DNA of 64,000 nucleotides from Bacteriovoracaceae bacterium (GTDB lineage Bacteria; Bdellovibrionota; UBA1018): NCBI GenBank assembly GCA_947447665.1, contig CANFJX010000008.1, positions 69,149 to 133,148 of the forward strand, read 5' to 3'. Shown piece by piece: positions 1 to 9,783 of this stretch (position 1 is its first letter; each line of letters starts with the position of its first letter). The notes under the pieces were generated by a model. It saw only the letters and a program-made list of their open reading frames with translations, ran no database searches and was not told where the DNA came from. The position numbers and the translations under genes were made by a program.

Positions 1-2
1 TG

Positions 3-764
3 TTTAATCGTCATGAGCGATAGCTCAATTCCGTTCTTCATCGAATCTAGTAAAACAAGGGAGCTCTTCTTATCACTAATTTTTAAGTCTAATTTTGAAA
101 TAATTTTCTCAAAAGGATAAAGAGCGCCAGAAACATAATTTAAAGAGTTATTTAACTCATGGGAAATACTGGCAGAAACATACCCTAAAGTAGCCATTTG
201 ATTCTGAATAATTAAATCGGCTTGGGTTTTCTTTAGATCCTTAATCGCTGTTTCTAATTGTGAATTTTTATCGCTTAATTCAGTCCGAAGAACTTCAGCC
301 ATATACCTCAAGTAGAGAGTCATAAAAATGGTGCTAATCATAAAAAATGAATTGATCACCAATGCTGAGTTGAGCGATTTACCTCCAGAAAAAAAAGCAA
401 ACAAATAATAGGGCAAATAAATCGCCAAAATATGTAACACCAGAAAAAATCGTGTCCAAGGAGTGAAGCCAACCACGCCGAGACAGACTAGATTCAGACC
501 AGCGTAATAAGGTGAGGATGTACCCTCAGACAGAAATGTCATAATTGTAATAATGATTGAATTTGTAAACACAAATACGACCGCAAGAATTTGCGCTTTT
601 ACTAGAGTTTTTATTCTTTTTATTAAAATTCCAGTTGCAATGAAAACAGGTAAACCACTCATTCTGATCATTAAAAACAGGAGAACCTTGTCTCTCGCAT
701 ATAAATAATCGCAGGGTACGAAAACAATGAATAGGGGAACAGAAACAAAGAAGGCGCCTAGCCG
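3..764 (-). CDS. Membrane-bound sensor histidine kinase, N-terminal part (runs off window edge)
   Basis: Not in ORF track. Manual translation from ATG 764 gives hydrophobic TM segments, then H-box QMATLGYVSASISHELNNSLNYVSG. Region is visibly AT-rich. Confidence 0.85.
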
Positions 765-928
765 TAAAAGGGCCTTGATAAATTCGAGACGTTTCTCATC
801 TTCAAAACTCATAGGTTCAATCATGCGTTGACTTTATTTTTAAATAATCATTAAAAGTTCCCAATTTAGTTATCGGCTCAAGGCTAGCAAAAATTTAGCC
901 CCCCACTCTAACTAGGACTAATTTCCCA

Positions 929-956
929 TTGAAAATTACTTTTTTTTACCTAAAAT
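929..956 (+). promoter_or_regulatory. Putative sigma-70 promoter of the ALDH-gabT operon
   Basis: TTGAAA-N16-TAAAAT, then GAGGG RBS before ATG 981. Confidence 0.4.
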
Positions 957-980
957 GCCTTATTATAAGAGGGAATTCCT

Positions 981-2465
981 ATGGCAGCAGCAAGTCAGAC
1001 TAAAACCTACCGGATGTGGATCGACGGCAAGTGGGTAGAGGCGCTCTCAGGTGCCACTCGGGACCTCTTCGATCCAGGTAGCGGGGAGCTGATTGCGCGA
1101 GTGCCCGAAGGATCACAAAAGGACATGTCGCTCGCAGTTGATGCAGCTCGTCAGGCTTTCGATCAAGGAGCCTGGAGAAAGGTCTCCGCTCTCGATCGAG
1201 GCAAATTGCTTTTCAAAGTCGCTAATGCCATTCGTAATGAGAGTCAATTCCTGGCTGAGCTTGAAGTTCGCAATTGTGGTAAGCCCCTTGCCGAGGCCGA
1301 ATTTGATGTCGCTGACGCTGCTAATTGCTTCGAGTTTTATGCAGGTTTAGCGACTAAAATTCATGGACAAACCTTGAGCGTTCCCGCTAACTCAGTCAGC
1401 TACGTGGTGCGCGAGCCCGTCGGGGTTTGCGGCCAGATCATTCCTTGGAACTATCCACTCATGATGGCCGCATGGAAATTGGCTCCTGCCCTAGCGGCTG
1501 GAAATGTTTGCGTCCTCAAGCCATCCGAACTCACTCCCCTCACCGCCCTTGAGCTTGCCCGAATCATCGAAGCCGTAGGGATCCCCCCCGGCGTCGTAAA
1601 CATCGTCACCGGTCCTGGTGTGGGAGCTGGCGATGAGCTCGCATCCAGTCCAAAAGTCGATAAAATTGCCTTTACTGGCGGCACCGCAACAGGCCGAAAG
1701 ATCATGCTAGGTGCCACCTCTAATCTTAAAAAAATATCGCTTGAGTTGGGAGGGAAAAATCCAAACATCGTTTTTGCGGATGCCGACTTTGAAGCTGCTG
1801 TCGATGGAGCACTCTTTGGGGCCTTCGCCAATCAAGGCGAGGTCTGCTCCGCTGGATCCCGCCTTTTAGTCGAAAAGTCGATCCACTCAGCGCTCATAGC
1901 AGCCATCCTCAAGAAAATCCCTCGAATTAAACTGGGCCACGGACTCACCCCTGGGGTAAAAATGGGACCGCTCATCTCATCAGATCACCGGCAAAAAGTG
2001 GAGAACTACATAAAAATCGGCATCAAGGAAGGAGCAACCCTCCTCTGCGGCGGTCAACGGCCTTCGGGCGCCGAGTTTGAAGCCGGAAACTTTCTTGAAC
2101 CCACGATCTTTGATCATGTAAGTCCGCAAATGCGGATTGCCAGAGAAGAAATTTTTGGGCCGGTTCTTTCAGTGATCCCCTTTGAAACCGAAGAACAAGC
2201 CATTCAAATTGCCAACGATACCGAGTATGGTTTGGCAGCAGGCGTTTGGACGAAGAATGTCAATCGTGGTTTGCGGGTGATGAACCAAATTCGTGCGGGT
2301 ATCGTGTGGCTCAACACCTATCACCCCACCTTCAATGAAATGCCCTGGGGCGGATACAAGCAAAGTGGAATAGGACGGGAGTTAGGGCTTTACGGAATTG
2401 AGGGCTATCTCGAAATCAAGCAGATCAACATCAACCTCGATGAGACTCCGATCGGATGGTACTAG
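981..2465 (+). CDS. NAD-dependent aldehyde dehydrogenase (betaine/aminoaldehyde dehydrogenase-like)
   Basis: PWNYP, FTGGT, LELGGKNP, catalytic GEVCSAG and EEIFGP motifs. Confidence 0.93.
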   Translation: MAAASQTKTYRMWIDGKWVEALSGATRDLFDPGSGELIARVPEGSQKDMSLAVDAARQAFDQGAWRKVSALDRGKLLFKVANAIRNESQFLAELEVRNCGKPLAEAEFDVADAANCFEFYAGLATKIHGQTLSVPANSVSYVVREPVGVCGQIIPWNYPLMMAAWKLAPALAAGNVCVLKPSELTPLTALELARIIEAVGIPPGVVNIVTGPGVGAGDELASSPKVDKIAFTGGTATGRKIMLGATSNLKKISLELGGKNPNIVFADADFEAAVDGALFGAFANQGEVCSAGSRLLVEKSIHSALIAAILKKIPRIKLGHGLTPGVKMGPLISSDHRQKVENYIKIGIKEGATLLCGGQRPSGAEFEAGNFLEPTIFDHVSPQMRIAREEIFGPVLSVIPFETEEQAIQIANDTEYGLAAGVWTKNVNRGLRVMNQIRAGIVWLNTYHPTFNEMPWGGYKQSGIGRELGLYGIEGYLEIKQININLDETPIGWY

Positions 2466-2466
2466 G

Positions 2467-3813
2467 ATGGCAATTCAACTGAAGACTTCTTTGCCTGGAC
2501 CCAATTCTCAACTCCTCATGAAGGAGCGTAGAAAACACGTCGCCCGTGGCCCTTTTCATACGACGCCAATCTTTGCATCGAGCGCTAAGGGAGCCTTAGT
2601 TCATGATGTAGATGGGAATACATTAATTGACCTCGCCTGCGGCATCGGAGTCACCAATGTGGGGCATGCACCACCTGAACTCGTCCAAGCCATCCAAGCG
2701 CAGGCAAGCCAGATGCTTCATACGAGCTTCAACGTTCTCCCCTACCGCCAGTACATCGACGTAGCAGCAGCACTCAATCAATTCACCCCGGGAGATTTCC
2801 CAAAGAAGACCTTGCTGCTGAATAGCGGCGCCGAAGCGGTGGAGAATGCAGTGAAGATCGCTCGCGCTTTCACCAAGCGCTCGTCGGTGGTTTGCTTTGA
2901 GCATGGCTATCACGGTCGCACTTACATGGCGATGACCCTCACCTCGAAGGTCAAACCCTATCGCCAAGATTTTGGACCGTTTGCTTCGGAAGTCTACCGA
3001 GCACCCTTTCCCTACGCTTACCGGTGGCCCACCACATCGGATCCTGAGCAAGTCTCCAGGGAATGCTTTGACAGATTTGAGGAAATCGTCGGTACTCAAG
3101 TGGGCGCGACCAACACGGCAGCAGTGATTATCGAACCGGTCTTGGGAGAAGGTGGTTTTGTTCCTGCGCCTAAAGCCTTCATGAAGCTTATCAGAGAGTA
3201 CTGCACCACTCATGGAATTGTCCTGATCGCGGACGAAATTCAAACGGGATTTGGCCGCACGGGGAGCTTATTTGCCTGCGAGCAACTGGAGATCGCCCCT
3301 GACTTAATCACGAGCGCTAAGGGCCTTGCTGGTGGACTTCCTTTGGCCGCAGTGACCGGCCGCGCCGAGATCATGGATGCCCCCATGGAGGGCGGAATCG
3401 GTGGCACGTATGGAGGAAATCCTGTTGCCTGCGCGTCTGCTCTCGCGGTTTTTCGGATGTTTCAGGATGGAAAACTCCTGCTCCGTGCCCAAGACCTCGG
3501 AAATCAGATCAGCACTCGGTTGAACTCATGGAAGTCTCAATACCCCATCATTGGAGATGTCAGGGGACTCGGCCCAATGCGTGCGCTGGAGCTCGTGAAG
3601 GATCAGAACACGAAAGCGCCCCATCGCGACGCTACCGCTGCTCTCATTCAGTACTGCTATGAAAATGGAGTAGTAATCCTAAGTGCGGGCACCTTTGGAA
3701 ACGTAATCCGTCTGCTCGTGCCTTTGGTGATTCAGGATGTTGAACTAAAAGAGGCCCTCGATGTTCTTGAGTCGGGATTGAATTTTTTATCAAACAAGAA
3801 ACCGAGTGGATAG
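2467..3813 (+). CDS. gabT: 4-aminobutyrate--2-oxoglutarate aminotransferase (class III PLP)
   Basis: NSGAEAVENAVK, YHGRT, EPVLGEGG, ADEIQTGFGRTG, SAKGLAGG, GGTYGGNP. Likely start ATG 2467, just after the ALDH stop. Confidence 0.9.
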   Translation: MAIQLKTSLPGPNSQLLMKERRKHVARGPFHTTPIFASSAKGALVHDVDGNTLIDLACGIGVTNVGHAPPELVQAIQAQASQMLHTSFNVLPYRQYIDVAAALNQFTPGDFPKKTLLLNSGAEAVENAVKIARAFTKRSSVVCFEHGYHGRTYMAMTLTSKVKPYRQDFGPFASEVYRAPFPYAYRWPTTSDPEQVSRECFDRFEEIVGTQVGATNTAAVIIEPVLGEGGFVPAPKAFMKLIREYCTTHGIVLIADEIQTGFGRTGSLFACEQLEIAPDLITSAKGLAGGLPLAAVTGRAEIMDAPMEGGIGGTYGGNPVACASALAVFRMFQDGKLLLRAQDLGNQISTRLNSWKSQYPIIGDVRGLGPMRALELVKDQNTKAPHRDATAALIQYCYENGVVILSAGTFGNVIRLLVPLVIQDVELKEALDVLESGLNFLSNKKPSG

Positions 3814-3823
3814 GTTTCAGGCT

Positions 3824-3839
3824 GGGCATGCTCCGTGCA
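3824..3839 (+). promoter_or_regulatory. Putative sigma-54 (-24/-12) promoter
   Basis: GGGCATGCTCCGTGCA, GG-N10-GC, upstream of ORF 3879. Confidence 0.45.
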
Positions 3840-3878
3840 AACCAACAAGGTAAGCACTGAAAAAAAAGGGAGAGGCTT

Positions 3879-4313
3879 ATGTCACCTAAAAGTACGATCA
3901 TGGCTCGTAAATCATCCCGTAAAAAGGGGGTTGCATCTCTTGAAGCACGCAAGCGACCTAAAACAACCTCTGGCCCTCAGCTCGGTACTTATGGGCGTAA
4001 AAAGCTGAAGGTCTCGCTTACTCCCGGCCACAAAGCCGTCCTTCGAAGGGGAACCGCAACTCCGGTTATTCGAACTCTACGACCGAGGACGGGTCCGATG
4101 AGTCGAGCCGATCGAGAGTTTCTTATCTTTTGCATTAAACACATCTTAACCTCAACTAATCTAGTCATCAAAGAGGGAGTAAATTGGCGACTTCGGGAAA
4201 GTATTGCGGGGGTTAATTCTGGAGAGGCATTTACAAGCCTAGACGCCTGCGCTGCAAGTATGGTGGCGTCACTTGAGGCACAATACCAGGAACGAGTCGT
4301 TGCCGCAGCTTAA
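3879..4313 (+). CDS. Hypothetical protein, Lys/Arg-rich N-terminus
   Basis: 144-aa ORF with GGGAGAGG RBS; no recognised domain. Confidence 0.65.
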   Translation: MSPKSTIMARKSSRKKGVASLEARKRPKTTSGPQLGTYGRKKLKVSLTPGHKAVLRRGTATPVIRTLRPRTGPMSRADREFLIFCIKHILTSTNLVIKEGVNWRLRESIAGVNSGEAFTSLDACAASMVASLEAQYQERVVAAA

Positions 4314-4397
4314 TCTCTCGATCATCGAATTGCCCACAAATCACCTTGTTTTCCGCAAGCAAACTTATTATGTATTGCCATCGAAGGAGATGGCAGC

Positions 4398-4802
4398 ATG
4401 GTAAAAATATCAGCAATTTACGCAGGCGAAAAGCACTGTGAATTAACCCATGGACCCTCGGGATCATTACTCGACACGGACGCGCCCAAGGATAACCAAG
4501 GAAAAGGGGAAAAGTTCTCCCCCACCGACCTAGTGGGGGCTGCTCTCGCCAGCTGCATTCTCACGACTATGGCCATTGTCGCTGAACGGGATGGAGTCTC
4601 ATTAAAGGGGGCCCGGGCTGATGCTCAAAAGGAAATGAACGCCCAACCTAGAAGAATCGCCCGTTTGAGCGTCCAAATTACGCTTCCCCAGACTCTCTCA
4701 CCCGAGTACCGCAAAAAGTTAGAGAACGTCGCTCTCCATTGCCCTGTTCGGGAAAGCCTCCACCCAGATGTAGAGGTCCCCTTAGTCTTTACATACGCGT
4801 GA
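4398..4802 (+). CDS. OsmC/Ohr family protein
   Basis: TDAPKDNQGKGEKFSPTDL, ALASC and HCPV with the two conserved Cys. Confidence 0.9.
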   Translation: MVKISAIYAGEKHCELTHGPSGSLLDTDAPKDNQGKGEKFSPTDLVGAALASCILTTMAIVAERDGVSLKGARADAQKEMNAQPRRIARLSVQITLPQTLSPEYRKKLENVALHCPVRESLHPDVEVPLVFTYA

Positions 4803-4948
4803 CTTACGCGTGAGCTATGAATGACATCCTCCTCTGGCTAAACCCCTGAAGCAGTCGGAAGTGCAGCTTTTTTACTTGATTGATTCATTCGCTGTCCAAG
4901 TGTAGAAACTCCAGGTTGGCAATCCACAGGGAGTTTTTTGTGAGAGAC

Positions 4949-6067
4949 ATGATATTCCGCCTTGTTTTTTTGATCGGGGCGCTGGTTTTTTCCTATCCTC
5001 TAACTGCTCAGTCCAATCCCACTCCCGTCACCCAGACCGAGAGCTCTTCGTTTTTTCTCGTTCCAAAGAAGGTGCATTTTGTTTGGATGGGCAAGCGCAT
5101 ACCTCAAAAATATATCGACAACATCCGTTCTTTTATTATTAGGAATCCCGACTACGAGTTCAATTTATGGCTCGACCGACCCATGAACTATGAACTCTCC
5201 CTTGCCCTCCTCGACGCAGGTCAGCTTCCCCTTCGGACCCGATCGTTTCAAGAAACTCTCCCGCATCTTCCTCCTCTTTTACAAAGTTATTTTGAAAGGG
5301 AAAGGAACGGTGTTTTTCCTAACTTTGCTGCAGCAAGCGACATCATTCGTATCCAAATTTTGATCGACGAGGGGGGCGTTTACTTCGACACGGACGTGTT
5401 TATGGAGGAAAAATTCAATGACTCGATCAGCAGTCTTGGGAATATCTATGCTCCTTTTGGATTTCTCTTCAACGTCGAGACGAAGAACCAAACCCCAGAG
5501 CCTCCCAAAGGGAAGAACTCGGCTACGGGTTTGCCAAAAATTTCTGGCTGGAACAATAATGTTTTGGCAGCAGTCAAAGACTCTTATTTTTTAAATCAAA
5601 TACAGCAAAAAATGATCTTCCTCCACAAGTACAAAGAAGACGAGGGAAGAGGACATAGCCGTAACTCAAAAGGAAAAGTCACCCGTTGGTCCTATGGACT
5701 CTGGATCACCAAACGTTACAACCCCGGAACCCATACCCGCTTTAGCTTAACCCTGGAGCTGACGGGTCCGGAGGTCCTCAGAAGTGCAGTTGAGGAGAGT
5801 GCTTATGCTTATCTTGAGGCACTGACCCCGGAAACTCTGGAGCGCCTAACGTCTGAGTTTCCATCACTCATTCTCAAGCCATCCAACTCACTCAAAAGAT
5901 TCACTGCCATCAATGTGATCCATGACCAATATCGCTTCATTCAGCCCGAGCACTTAATTATTTTAGGATTCAAATTCGATATTCCAGGATTTCACGATCA
6001 CTGTGACAACTCTTGGGTGCAGCGCGGTGAGGCCCCAAAAGGAACCCGCTCGGCAGAGTGGCTTTAG
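4949..6067 (+). CDS. Secreted DXD glycosyltransferase, TcdA/TcdB-catalytic-domain-like (GT44/GT32)
   Basis: Signal peptide from ATG 4949; PKKVHFVWMG, NFAAASDIIRI..EGGVYFDTD, TGP, DNSW. Confidence 0.75.
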   Translation: MIFRLVFLIGALVFSYPLTAQSNPTPVTQTESSSFFLVPKKVHFVWMGKRIPQKYIDNIRSFIIRNPDYEFNLWLDRPMNYELSLALLDAGQLPLRTRSFQETLPHLPPLLQSYFERERNGVFPNFAAASDIIRIQILIDEGGVYFDTDVFMEEKFNDSISSLGNIYAPFGFLFNVETKNQTPEPPKGKNSATGLPKISGWNNNVLAAVKDSYFLNQIQQKMIFLHKYKEDEGRGHSRNSKGKVTRWSYGLWITKRYNPGTHTRFSLTLELTGPEVLRSAVEESAYAYLEALTPETLERLTSEFPSLILKPSNSLKRFTAINVIHDQYRFIQPEHLIILGFKFDIPGFHDHCDNSWVQRGEAPKGTRSAEWL

Positions 6068-8535
6068 GCGCAGGGATTTTCTGGCCATGAGTGTCGAGGA
6101 TAACGACGACTCAGCGCGGGCCTAAGTTCAGGGTAATGATTTTTCCAAAAACTCTCGAGATCGCTTGTCACTTGCAAGGGCCTTTGGTTAGGCGCCAGGA
6201 GATGAATTAAGAGGGGCAGGCGTCCATTTAAAAGCACGGGACCTTTTTTCATTCCGAAGAAATCTTGAAGCCGCGACTGAACCCAGGGAGCTTGATTGGA
6301 GGAGTACTGAATTTTCACTCGCCTCCCGGATGGAAGCGTCATGTGCGTTGGTAGGAGATCTCTGAGTGCATGCACATTTTCTCCCAAGAGGGCCTGAAGG
6401 ATTTCTGATGGCCAGTCCATAGACTTAAGCTCAGTGAGTGACGACTTTCCTTCGAGTTGTGGTAATAGATGAGTCCAGAAATCTCGGGGCTCACACTTTA
6501 AATACTCATGATAAATCTTTGCACGAGCAAACGCCGACTCGATGTCCATAGTATCTGAAGACTCCCCCATTGGAGCCAGCGCTGAAATCCAGTCGGCCGT
6601 AGATGCGCTTTCAGGATCGATTCCGAGAGCATTTTTGATTAAAATTAGAATCACCGCTTTTTTGTCACCTCCCCCACTCGAAGCCTCGGAGAGCACGAGT
6701 TCACCGTAAGTAAGACGAGAAAAGGTGACTACTTTTTTCCGTGCCATGTCCCAAGTGCATTCTTCACTTTCCTCGATCCCGACGGGTTTAACGTCCAAGA
6801 GCCAATCTTCGTTCATCGGTATCCAAGAGCGCACGCGAAGGTTCGATTTTTTCTGATTTTGATTTTGCTGCTCTTGCAAGTCAAGAAGGACAAAAAAATC
6901 GTCCCCAGTCATCGCCTGCGTTTCACTGAGTATCGCCGATCCACCCGAGGAAAGTAGAAGCTCGATTTCGTGTGCGTTTCCCCGAGTCACGCTTCCCCCT
7001 AGCTTTCTTTTTTGAGCCACTCGATCTGGAAAACCCATGAGAATTGACCGAGCAAGAGCCTGTTGCTTTTGCGAGGAAGACCTTGGCGCCATCCCTGAGC
7101 TCTTTGAACTGGGTATGGCTTGAAGCAAAATCTTTTGAGATTTTCTCAGAGATTCATCCTGAGAGTAGCTCCCCAAACCTTCGAGAGGGTTTCCGCTTTC
7201 GATCCTACCCTCAGTGAGCGCAGCACCGAGCCAGGTGGCTGACTCGAGAACCTCCAATTTTTGCGCCTCCAAAAGCATCCGTGAAACTCGAGGATGAGCG
7301 GGCATTCGTGACATGGATCGCCCGATCTCAGTGAGAAGTCCTTTTTTTTCAGTCGCCCCGAGACGATGAAGTAGATCTTCTGCTGCTTGAAGAGATTGAC
7401 TCGGCGGAGACTCAAACCAAGGAAACTGAGAAACGACGACGCCCAAAGCTTTGAGATCCAGGAGGATCTGTGAAAGATCTGATCGCATGATCTCGGGTTT
7501 CTCAAAACCAGCGCGGGTTTCAAAATCTCCTCGAGTATAGAGTCGGTAGCAAACACCAGGCCCCGTTCTTCCTGCCCGGCCTGTGCGCTGAATCGCTGAA
7601 GCTCGGCTGATGGGCCGAGTTTTTAGAGCCGGAATCCCAGACCACCAGGAGTAGCTCGCCATTCGGTGAAGCCCGCTATCAATGACTGCAGTCACTCCTG
7701 GAATGGTCAGCGAGGTTTCTGCTACATTGGTGGAGAGGATGATTTTTCTTCCCCCTCCAACCCTGAGAGCTTGATCCTGCTCATCCCGTGACAACTCTCC
7801 ATGAAGTAGGAAAATCCTCGCCTGAGGGAGACTCCCAATCGATTGTTCGCACCTTCTGATTTCTGCTATTCCAGGAAGAAACACTAATAAATCGCCCGAA
7901 GTCTCCTCAATACCCTTCAGTACAGCCTCCCGAACCATCTGATCGAGGTACTTTGCCGGAGGCGAAGGAAGGTACTGCAATTTGACCGGATGAAGTGCTG
8001 TCTGCAGTCTAAGAATCGGTGCGTCCCCCAAGAAACGAGACAAGGGCTCAGACTCAAGTGTAGCTGACATCAAAATAATTCTGAGTTCCGGCCGGTGTGT
8101 TTTTTGAAGCCACTTAAGATAACTCAAAGCGACATCGCTATGAATATGTCGTTCATGAAACTCATCCAGCACGACGGCAGCAACTCGATCCAGCCTCGGG
8201 TTACTCATCAGAAGGCGCATGAACATCCCTTCGGTGACGAACTTCAACCGAGTTTTTGGACCACTGACATTCTCAAAACGAAACTGATATCCGACCTCTG
8301 AACCTAGAGCACAGCCCATTTCAGAGGCGATTCGATGAGCACTGTATTTGGCTGCGAGTCGCCTGGGTTCAAGAATTAAAATCTCTTGATGATCCAAGCG
8401 AAATGCTGAGTTAAGCAAGGCGGGAGGCACTCGAGTCGTTTTTCCGGAACCAGGCGAAGCCTCGATAATAAGATTGGAGTGATTCTCGAGCGAACTCAGA
8501 ATGTCAGGGAGTAAAGAATCAATCGGGAGATCCAT
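6064..8535 (-). CDS. hrpB: ATP-dependent helicase HrpB
   Basis: PGSGKTT, DEFHER, MSAT, STNVAETSLTIPG, QRTGRAGR; C-terminal LLAPNQRPLQVTSDL..RYPRHSWP. Confidence 0.93.
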   Translation of the reverse strand: MDLPIDSLLPDILSSLENHSNLIIEASPGSGKTTRVPPALLNSAFRLDHQEILILEPRRLAAKYSAHRIASEMGCALGSEVGYQFRFENVSGPKTRLKFVTEGMFMRLLMSNPRLDRVAAVVLDEFHERHIHSDVALSYLKWLQKTHRPELRIILMSATLESEPLSRFLGDAPILRLQTALHPVKLQYLPSPPAKYLDQMVREAVLKGIEETSGDLLVFLPGIAEIRRCEQSIGSLPQARIFLLHGELSRDEQDQALRVGGGRKIILSTNVAETSLTIPGVTAVIDSGLHRMASYSWWSGIPALKTRPISRASAIQRTGRAGRTGPGVCYRLYTRGDFETRAGFEKPEIMRSDLSQILLDLKALGVVVSQFPWFESPPSQSLQAAEDLLHRLGATEKKGLLTEIGRSMSRMPAHPRVSRMLLEAQKLEVLESATWLGAALTEGRIESGNPLEGLGSYSQDESLRKSQKILLQAIPSSKSSGMAPRSSSQKQQALARSILMGFPDRVAQKRKLGGSVTRGNAHEIELLLSSGGSAILSETQAMTGDDFFVLLDLQEQQNQNQKKSNLRVRSWIPMNEDWLLDVKPVGIEESEECTWDMARKKVVTFSRLTYGELVLSEASSGGGDKKAVILILIKNALGIDPESASTADWISALAPMGESSDTMDIESAFARAKIYHEYLKCEPRDFWTHLLPQLEGKSSLTELKSMDWPSEILQALLGENVHALRDLLPTHMTLPSGRRVKIQYSSNQAPWVQSRLQDFFGMKKGPVLLNGRLPLLIHLLAPNQRPLQVTSDLESFWKNHYPELRPALSRRYPRHSWPENPCA

Positions 8536-8602
8536 CGATCGATTTTATCTATTTAGCAGTGAAAGGCAATGGGCTGATTCAATTGACACCCATGGAAGCA
8601 TT

Positions 8603-8618
8603 CGGCATCATTTTTGCT
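8603..8618 (+). promoter_or_regulatory. Putative sigma-54 promoter
   Basis: CGGCATCATTTTTGCT, GG-N10-GC, just upstream of ATG 8635. Confidence 0.55.
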
Positions 8619-8634
8619 GATGCAGTTTGAGTTA

Positions 8635-9783
8635 ATGAGATTCATTTTACTCCTGGCACTGATAGCGCTCTGTTTTCAAAACGGTGTGTCCGCAGCCGTT
8701 CAGCCTCATGCCGTTACCTGGCAGACGCCCAATCCTGGAGATCGAGTCAGAGTCAGGAACAAAATCGAGCGATTCAAGTGGATGATAACCGAAGCATTCA
8801 ACACGTCCAGGGACGACCCCCCAGCCCAAATGGACCGCCAACACTGGTTAGATGCGAGAAATAACCTGAGCGCTATCATTCAAGGGAACTTCCCCAATCC
8901 AAGACTGAATCAGGCCATACGAGAGAGCGCGGCCTACCTCAAGGATCAAAAAATGTGGCCCATGCCTTTTGGAGTATCGCCATCCAATTGGATCAGGCAG
9001 GTCCAAGCTAATATTGAACTCCCGCTCACAGCTAAAATCGAACTTCTTCAAAACGAAGCTTTCTATCAAGACCAGATCCTGGACTTAAGAAATGGTGCCC
9101 TCATTAGGGCAGAAATCCGGCGACTCGGCGGTCTAGGAGATTTCTCCCTCGATGTTCGCCGTACTCACAAACTTTACCGGCAGTACTATAAACTCTTAAA
9201 TAAAATGGTCCAACTCTCTGAACCTGGAGCAACGGCTTTCGCGCCCAAAAATCCCACAGCAGAGCGCTCAACCAAGGATGCGGTTTTAGCCAATCTCTAT
9301 CAGCAAGTCATAGGTATCTCCTGGGATCTCGTTCCGGGGATAGTACCCATTATTCAAGGCCATCCTCAGTATTCTCAAATGAGTGAAAAGTTTAGATCCC
9401 TCGGAGACTCCTATGAAATCGCCGGATTGCTCTGGAGTGGGGTTCCAAATTTGAAAATGAATCAATGGCAAGCAAAGGCTTTTTGTGCTGGCCTGGGTGA
9501 TGGATCGAGACTACCAACAGAGGCCGAGTATCAGGCCCTGCTCGAAACAACGAGAGTAAAGACTGAAGAACCGTGGTACGAACTCAACGATCCACTGAGT
9601 GCGCCGATATTTGAACGATTCATCCTACTCCCTGACATGATTGAGAAGGATTTTTGGTCATCTTCGAGTCACTTCCATTTGTTCCAAGCAAAAGCTAAAA
9701 TCCTCAAACAAGGTTTAGAACATGCGCCTTTTATGTATCACGCAAAACGCCAAGTCCTGGCATGGGTTCGTTGTGTTCATTAA
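8635..9783 (+). CDS. Secreted hypothetical protein with C-terminal DUF1566/Lcl- or FGE-like domain
   Basis: Signal peptide MRFILLLALIALCF; C-terminal AKAFC..RLPTEAEY..FWSSS..VRCV pattern. Confidence 0.6.
   Translation: MRFILLLALIALCFQNGVSAAVQPHAVTWQTPNPGDRVRVRNKIERFKWMITEAFNTSRDDPPAQMDRQHWLDARNNLSAIIQGNFPNPRLNQAIRESAAYLKDQKMWPMPFGVSPSNWIRQVQANIELPLTAKIELLQNEAFYQDQILDLRNGALIRAEIRRLGGLGDFSLDVRRTHKLYRQYYKLLNKMVQLSEPGATAFAPKNPTAERSTKDAVLANLYQQVIGISWDLVPGIVPIIQGHPQYSQMSEKFRSLGDSYEIAGLLWSGVPNLKMNQWQAKAFCAGLGDGSRLPTEAEYQALLETTRVKTEEPWYELNDPLSAPIFERFILLPDMIEKDFWSSSSHFHLFQAKAKILKQGLEHAPFMYHAKRQVLAWVRCVH

Noticed and set aside
2398..2466. Extended gabT N-terminus from the ORF track
   Set aside because: Overlaps ALDH; ATG 2467 gives a normal GabT start
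4794..4813. TACGCGTGA direct repeat at the OsmC stop as a target-site duplication
   Set aside because: 9 bp separated by 2 nt with no element between; could be chance
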